NCBI GenBank assembly: GCA_002269645.1
Contig: NIVC01001581.1
Span: 186,001 to 250,000, forward strand
Length of the DNA stretch: 64,000 bases
Reading direction: 5' to 3'
From: Macrostomum lignano
Taxonomy: Eukaryota
Positions 38,701-64,000 of the stretch are shown here, one piece after another. The notes under the pieces were generated by a model. That model made no database searches and was not told where the DNA came from. It was given only the letters and a program-made list of their open reading frames with translations. Made by a program: the position numbers and the translations under genes. Each line of letters starts with the position of its first letter. The first letter of the stretch is position 1.

Positions 38701-41700
38701 CCTGGTGCTAAAACCTCTGGTGATAAAGCTCCTGGTGCTAAAGCCTCTGGTGCTAAAGCCTCTGGTGATAAAGCCTGGCCTTTACCCAAGCGGAGCTTCT
38801 GAACCTTCAACAGGTGGCTCCAAATGATTATGGGTAATGGACACCCTGTTGCAAATTTCCCTGATGTCTTTGGTCAAGCCTCAGCTGCTGGGCATCCTCA
38901 GCAAGTCTGTCACCACCACGACGCCGTCGGCTCCTTCAACGTGTGACGCCAAGGTGCTATGCATATACCCGAAGAAGGCTTTTCATCGTACACACCCTCA
39001 ACATTTTAGACCCGAAGAGGAATATATTATAATGTTATATATGCTCTGGTGTGTGCTCACAGATTCTGATGTGTGCTCACAGATTCTGGTGTGTGCTCAC
39101 AGATTCTGATGTGTGCTCACAGATTCTGATATGTGCTCACAGATTATGGTGTGTGCTCACAGATTCTGGTGTGTGCTCACAGATTATGATGTGTGCTCAT
39201 AGATTCTCTGATGCGTGCTCACAGATACTGATGTGTGCTCACAGATACTGATGTGTGCTCACAGATTCCAATGTGTGCTCACAAATTCTGATGTGTGCTC
39301 ACAGATTCTGATGTGTGCTCACAGATTCTGGTGTGTGCTCACAGATTCTGATGTGTGCTCACAGATTCTGATATGTGCTCACAGATTCTGGTGTGTGCTC
39401 ACAGATTCTGGTGTGTGCTCACAGATTCTGATGTGTGCTCACAGATTCTGATGTGTGCTCACAGATTCTGATGTGTGCTCACAGCAGAGCACAAACTTTG
39501 CCAGCCGGAAAGACAAGGACTACTCAAGTAGAAGTAGGAAAACTTTAGGAGGCAAGTCTTTTCGAAGAACAGAGATATGAGATTCTTATTTTTTAGCACA
39601 AAAATTAACTACTGCTTTCGATAGGAGGCCGACCCAATGTTTTCATCTTTTGTCTCTGATATTTTTGCCTTAGTTATACTTATAGATTTACTAATATTCA
39701 AAGAGTTTTCGTTTGGAAAATTATAGGATTTAATATTAATTATCTTTGTGTTTGCTGCAACAGAGGCTGCCACTGACTCACTGGGTAGACAGAGCTTGCC
39801 ACCGGCAGGGCTGCAGGTGTAGTGTCCCGACGAACCGTCATTGCCTGCCACGCAGTACTTGGTACAATCGGTTGAGTAGAAATTTTCTAAACAGGCCACA
39901 GATATTTGCAGTGTAAGCCTGCGTCGAAGAAAGAGAAGAGCTCTTAGTAAGGTATGTTGCCTGTCGGAATACAGAAACTACGCTAGCACAAGCGCAATAT
40001 TAGCTGTCTGCAGTCAATTCAAATCTCAAAATGCATTTTTGGTTTTGGCTTTGCACTGAGAATTTTGCATACAACTTATTGCTTACTGTGGAGAGAATTA
40101 AGCTGAAAAGGACTTGCTTTGCCATAGTCTATGGTACAGCCAAGGAGTATTGAGGTCGCCTAGTATAGAGTGCCAATAAGGATGAAAATCTAGGCGACCT
40201 CAATACTCTTTGGGTACAGCCCATTCGAAAAACTGCGAGAGATGCTGGGGCCCCGGTGCTAAAGCCCCTGGTGCTAAAGCCCCTGATGCTAAATCCCCTA
40301 GTGCTAAAGCCCTTGGTGCTAAAGCCCTTGGTGCTAAAGCCCTTGGTGCTAAAGCCCCTGGTGCTAAAGCCCCTGGTGCTAAAGCCTCTGGTGCTAAAGC
40401 ACCTGGTGCTAAAGCCAATGGTGCTAAAGTACATGGTGCAAAAGCCCCTGGTGCTAAAGCCAATGGTGCTAAAGTACATGGTGCTAAAGCCTCTGGTGAT
40501 AAAGCCCCTGGTGCTAAAGCCCCTGGTGCTAAAGCCTCTGGTGATAAAGCCCCTGGTGCTAAAGCCCCTGGTGCTAAAGCCTCTGGTGATAAAGCTCCTG
40601 GTGCTAAAGCCTCTGGTGCTAAAGCCTCTGGTGATAAAGCCCCTGGTGCTAAAGCCCCTGGTGCTAAAGCCTCTGGTGATAAAGCTCCTGGTGCTAAAGC
40701 CTCTGGTGCTAAAGCCTCTGGTGATAAAGCCCCTGGTGCTAAAGCCCCTGGTGCTAAAGCCAATGGTGCTAAAGTACATGGTGCAAAAGCCCTTGGTGAT
40801 AAAGCCCCTGGTGCTAAAACCTCTGGTGATAAAGCTCCTGGTGCTAAAGCCTCTGGTGCTAAAGCCTCTGGTGATAAAGCTCCTGGTGCTAAAGCCCACT
40901 GGCCTTTACCCAAGCGGAGCTTCTGAACCTTCAACAGGTGGCTCCAAATGATTATGGGTAATGGACACCCTGTTGCAAATTTCCCTGATGTCTTTGGTCA
41001 AGCCTCAGCTGCTGGGCATCCTCAGCAAGTCTGTCACCACCACGACGCCGTCGGCTCCTTCAACGTGTGACGCCAAGGTGCTATGCATATACCCGAAGAA
41101 GGCTTTTCATCGTACACACCCTCAACCTTTTAGACCCGAAGAGGAATATATTATAATGTTATTTTTGCTCTTAAAATTATTAGTATGTTAATAGGCAAGT
41201 TGCTTTGTTTATTGAACTATAAAATTGAATTAAAACTAAAAGGCCAACTCACGTAGCTCCGGACAAGCCGTCGGGATTCAGTCGAACTTCTTTGACGTTT
41301 CGGAAGTCTCCATTGAGTCCGGCAGTTCCCAGGAATGTGTACACGAATGTGCCCATATAGTCCCAGGCGCCTATTGGGTCGAAATCGTCCACCTTCACAT
41401 GGATTGTGAACCGGCCCTGTAGCAGGGACAGTGAGTTGCTAATCTATTAATATATAAAGGATTGCTAATCTATAGCCATATCTGCTGGGTGAAGGAACAG
41501 AATGGATTGCTAATCTATAGCCATATCTGCTGGGTGAAGGAACAGAATGGATTGCTAATCTATAGCCATATCTGCTGGGTGAAGGAACAGAATGGATTGC
41601 TAATCTATAGCCATATCTGCTGGATGAAGGAACAGAATGGATTGCTAATCTATAGCCATATCTGCTGGGTGAAGGAACAGAATGGATTGCTAATCTATAG

Positions 41701-43317
41701 CCATATCTGCTGGGTGAAGGAACAGAATGGATTGCTAATCTATAGCCATATCTGATGGGTGAAGGAACAGAATGGATTGCTAATCTATAGCCATATCTGC
41801 TGGGTGAAGGAACAGAATGGATTGCTAATCTATAGCCATATCTGCTGGATGAAGGAACAGAATGGATTGCTAATCTATACTCCGGACTCTGGCAGCTCAC
41901 ATCATATTTGTCTCGTTGGATCTCAAGCGGGTTGGCAACATCGACCACTTTGTTGCCGAAGTATACGTCATTTTGATCCGAGGCGCGGTCAGTCGTCCAG
42001 GAGTTCGAACGGCTGCAGGTGTTTGGATCAATTTAGACAGCTGCCTTCTGCATCTACTCAAGCAGGCATGAGTTGCTACTCAACTTTGTGCAGCTCTTCT
42101 AGTGTTTCCTCTGAGCTACTCTTTTGCACTCTGGAGAGTACTCTACTCTACTCTACTCTACTCTACTCTACTCTACTCTACTCTACTCTACTCTACTCTA
42201 CTCTACTCTACTCTACTCTACTCTACTCTACTCTACTCTACTCTACTCTACTCTACTCTACGCTACTCTACTCTACTCTACTCTACTCTACGCTACTCTA
42301 CTCTACTCTACTTTACGCTACTCTACTCTACTCTACTCTAATATACTCTACTCTACTCTACTCTATTCAACTCTCTATCCCTCATCCAGTTTCACCCACC
42401 GATCGGGAGATGAGATAGTGATGGAGAACTTAGGATCGCAGGCGTTATTCCAGGGATCGCAGTCAGCTCCAGCTGCATCCCTGCCATTGGGATTCGAATA
42501 GCTGATGAAGAGGACTCGGATTTTGACGCCAGCTGAGACGCCTGAAAAAAAAGACTGGGGGAGCGAAAGAGGTCTTTTATAGTTTCAATAAAACTGCTTT
42601 TGAAAGACTTAGGCTACGAGCGTACTTGTTTTATTAATTTTTTAGTTATTTAGGAGTCACTCTGAGAATCACTCTAGGATTCACTCTGGGATTCACTCTG
42701 GAATTCACTCTGGGATTCACTCTGGGATTCACTCTGGGATTCACTCTGGGATTCACTCTGGGATTCACTCTGGGATTCAGTCTGGGATTCACTCTGGGAT
42801 TCACTCTGGGATTCACTCTGGGATTCACTCTGGGATTCACTCTGGGATTCACTCTGGGATTCACTCTGGGATTCACTCTGGGATTCACTATGGGATTCAC
42901 TCTGGGATTCACTCTGGGATTCACTCTGGGATTCACTCTGGGATTCACTCTGGGATTCACTCTGGGATTCACTCTGGGATTCACTCTGGGATTCACTCTG
43001 GGATTCACTCTGGGATTCACTCTGGGATTCACTCTGGGATTCACTATGGGATTCACTCTGGGATTCACTCTGGGATTCACTCTGGGATTCACTCTGGGAT
43101 TCACTCTGGGATTCACTCTGGGATTCACTCTGGGATTCACTCTAATAAGATTCACTCTGGACTTTTGTACTGAAAGCACTTTACCCAAGAAAGTTAAATC
43201 TAAATTTATGATTCAAATCAAAGTAGCATTTACAACACTTACAAAAACTGTAACTATGATGAAGACGAAGACTATAGATTTCGCTGTCCATGCAGTAATG
43301 AGAAATCTGCTAGACAT
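35755..43317 (-). CDS. Delta-like type I membrane protein (C2/MNNL-like, DSL, 5 EGF, TM, long cytoplasmic tail), about 700 aa
   Basis: Phase-compatible GT-AG exons: 42541-42400 (FISYSNPNGRD..GADCD..CDP.F), 42012-41901, 41416-41253, 39918-39782 (DSL: CLENFYSTDCTKYC..ND..GHYTC..GGKLCLP), 38561-38439, 38359-38036 and 37539-37052 (EGFs, three with DIDEC/DVDEC, then TM LLVGLLVPALLLAIAAVVVFFAY), and 36288 (or 36258)-35755. The candidate signal-peptide exon 43317-43243 is one base out of phase, so the 5' end is uncertain. Confidence 0.85.
35830..36145 (-). repeat. Coding 42-bp repeat (AAATSNDQELAAAS x about 7) in the cytoplasmic tail
   Basis: Unit TTTGAAGTTGCCGCCGCAGACGCCGCCGCCAACTCTTGATCG, in frame with flanking unique coding sequence. 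Confidence 0.85.
36440..36955. repeat. Intronic tandem repeat, unit about 31 bp
   Basis: Unit CATTGAGCCAATTGGCATCTCAGCAACTCCC. Confidence 0.93.
37635..37930. repeat. Intronic tandem repeat, unit about 38 bp
   Basis: Unit GAGGCTACATGTTGTTCATTGACTTGCTGGAGTTTTCT. Confidence 0.88.
38630..39035 (+). repeat. Copy A of a duplicated cassette (15-bp array plus about 260 bp unique), inserted in a 20-bp satellite
   Basis: Nearly identical to about 40750-41160; GTGCTCACAGATTCT units lie on both sides. Confidence 0.88.
39045..39485. repeat. 20-bp intronic tandem repeat
   Basis: Unit GTGTGCTCACAGATTCTGAT. Confidence 0.95.
40141..40212. mobile_element. 72-bp hAT-like micro-MITE with 8-bp TSD
   Basis: GGTACAGC|CAAGGAGTATTGAGGTCGCCTAG-26 nt-CTAGGCGACCTCAATACTCTTTG|GGTACAGC; 23-bp TIR with one mismatch. 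Confidence 0.8.
40252..41160 (+). repeat. Copy B of the duplicated cassette: 15-bp array (AAAGCCCCTGGTGCT, about 43 units) plus about 260 bp unique
   Basis: Direct inspection; source of the GAKAP/VLKPL ORFs. Confidence 0.92.
41458..41880. repeat. 45-bp intronic tandem repeat
   Basis: Unit GGATTGCTAATCTATAGCCATATCTGCTGGGTGAAGGAACAGAAT. Confidence 0.95.
42139..42365. repeat. (CTACT)n pentanucleotide array
   Basis: Direct inspection. Confidence 0.95.
42670..43160. repeat. 12-bp tandem repeat (GGGATTCACTCT)n, about 40 copies
   Basis: Direct inspection. Confidence 0.96.
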
Positions 43318-43739
43318 GCTCACTAAGTATCACAGGTGTTGATACTTCAGTCTTTTATAAAGCAACAACTTAGCAAGCCAAAGTAAATAGAGATGGCTTG
43401 TGGGACTCATGCCAAGTGAGTTTCTTTACACACACAACCAAGCAGAGACACTATTAATAATGCTTTGCTGAGGAGCGCGTGTTTCAGTTGAGGCTGCAAT
43501 GTACATCCAGCAATGAACATTGATGAGGCGAACGCGTGCCGACTCTGTTTACCGCTGCGGAAAATACGAGCGCACTTGTGTGCTTTTTATTAGCATTTGA
43601 TGACCGCGTGTGCGAGGGGCAACGCGCTGCGTTTGTTCTTGTCTTTGCGTTGCCTGTCTGTTCCTGTTTGACCACCCCACTGCCCTGCCTGCTCGTTTCA
43701 GATGCGCCCTCTGATCTTGCTTTTCAGCTGTGCTCACTC

Positions 43740-44170
<431 letters not shown>

Positions 44171-44883
44171 TCTCTTTTAATAAATATAATGCGCATTAAA
44201 AGGCTATGAATCCTACTAAGTGTAAGTAATACATCTTGTATCCGACGCTATTATATTTTAATGCAGAAAGAAATATTAAAGTATAAACTAAGCGCATTCA
44301 ACGAAAATTTCTGACTTTTTTGTTGAGTCTTATTGAAATACTCTAAAGAAAATTGAATATCATAATGCTGGTACTGATTAGCAAGAACGCATCCCGATCG
44401 CCACGAGGAAAAAATTCACAACTCCGCTACAAGGCATTAAGACCAGAATCTTTATCTTAAAAAAACACAGAGTGAAAAACTGACCTAAACTCAGTGAGCA
44501 GCGAGAGGGTTAGACCGTGCCAAGCGAGTGAGCACTTGCTAGATTCTGATGAATAGCGAGCAAGGTTGAGAAATTGAAAACGGACTGACAGAGAGAGGCT
44601 CAGGTCGGGCAGAGAGGAGAGAACAGAGGCGAGAAGGCGAAGGTGCGTCAGGTGGCCGAGCGCACAGAAAATACCAGGGCAAGTACGCATACTGGCTGGC
44701 AGCAAAAAACGCACGGACTGGTCTAATTGATGATAGAAAAATGAAGTGTAAAGCGCTGCAAAGCGAGGTGCCAACCTTGATAAGTTGAGCTTCAGGTATA
44801 GTGTGCCAATGCAGTCCGGGGGCATTGAGCCATAGGAATTATGATTTTCTAGCTAATCAAAATAGCATCATCAAATCTTTGTC

Positions 44884-63179
<18,296 letters not shown>

Positions 63180-63330
63180 GTGAGATCAGTCAGGTGTCGG
63201 AATAATAAGCTGGATTGCTACTACAGCGGCCCTGACTTTCTAACCGGTCAGGCAGGTGCACTCTCTGTGCCCTGGGGGTTGGCCGTCATGGCTGAGAATC
63301 GCACGACACCCCCTGGCCGATTCTCGTGCA

Positions 63331-63724
63331 CAGGCGCGTTGCCACCTGGGGGGGGGGACATTTCCCCCCAGTAAAAGCTATGGGGGGGGGGGACATTCTA
63401 ATGCTATGTCCCCCCCACCCCACCTTGTGACTCTCTGTGGAAATCAATAATTTTTATTCAGGGCGCCAAAATATAGCGCTTTCGGCGCCAAAGTGAGTGA
63501 CTGCGGCGCTAAAATGAGTGCCTGCGGCGCCAAAATGAGTGGCTGTGGCGCTTAAAGGAATGCCTGCGGCGCCAAAATGAGTGGCTGTGGCGCTTAAAGG
63601 AGTGCCTGCGGCGCCATAATGAGTGGCTGTGGCGCTTAAAGGAATGCCTGCGGCGCCATAATGAGTGGCTGTGGCGCTTTAAGAAATGCCTCCCCCCACC
63701 ATAAAATCTATGGCGACGCCCCTG
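63331..63724 (+). mobile_element. hAT-like MITE (about 394 bp) carrying an internal tandem repeat
   Basis: Left CAGGCGCGTTGCCA and right TGGCGACGCCCCTG (imperfect TIR); flanks CTCGTGCA / CTCGGTGCA (degenerate TSD of about 8 bp); internal GCGGCGCCAAAATGAGTG repeats. Confidence 0.65.
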
Positions 63725-64000
63725 CTCGGTGCACAAGTCCTGAATCAATTTGTGGCTGTGCGGAGAATCGAGTCCGGGATGCGTTTACCCCAAAACTGCT
63801 CTATTCCCATTCCAAAAGCTTTCGTTCTTAATAAAAAAATTTCAATTTAATAAATTAACAAAAATTTAACTTTTACAGTTCATCACAGTCAAAAGGTTTT
63901 TGAGCATCAGATTCTCAAACCTGCTCCATTGAGCAAAAACTCCTCAAATGGGAAAGGTTCAGGTAACCCCCTCCAAAAATATATTAGCTGCAGTTTTGCC

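Noticed and set aside
38840-39000. Rab-like fragment on the minus strand of the duplicated cassette (GADGVVVVTDL...REI)
   Set aside because: There is an in-frame stop, no G1/G3/NKxD motifs and no splice signals; probably chance similarity.
42670-43160. Interstitial telomeric repeat
   Set aside because: GGGATTCACTCT does not match TTAGGG or other known animal telomere units.

Overview
This is eukaryotic (animal) genomic DNA with GC-rich exons and GT-AG introns packed with tandem repeats. The style suggests a repeat-rich invertebrate such as the flatworm Macrostomum; that assignment is inference only. Splicing by hand gives nine protein-coding genes: a tandem pair of class I alpha-1,2-mannosidases (GH47, +), an MZB1/pERp1-like ER protein (-), a tandem pair of PLAC8/cornifelin genes (+), a class A GPCR (+), a monofunctional PHM (-), a Delta-like C2/MNNL-DSL-5xEGF membrane protein (-), and a protein of more than 1,800 aa (+) that probably runs off the window. 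That last protein combines two smoothelin-type motifs, seven I-set Ig domains and an unrecognised 36-38 aa repeat. Mobile DNA includes Tc1/IS630-type remnants, a LINE 3' end, a tRNA-derived CORE-type SINE, a foldback element with a 9-bp TSD and hAT-like MITEs. Most long ORFs in the supplied track are translations of satellites. The most notable observations are the smoothelin-Ig hybrid, the mosaic homogenisation of the mannosidase pair, a divergent DSL protein with a kinase-substrate-like tail, and a (CTA)n microsatellite whose only interruption creates a canonical branch point. No prokaryotic features or CRISPR arrays were seen.
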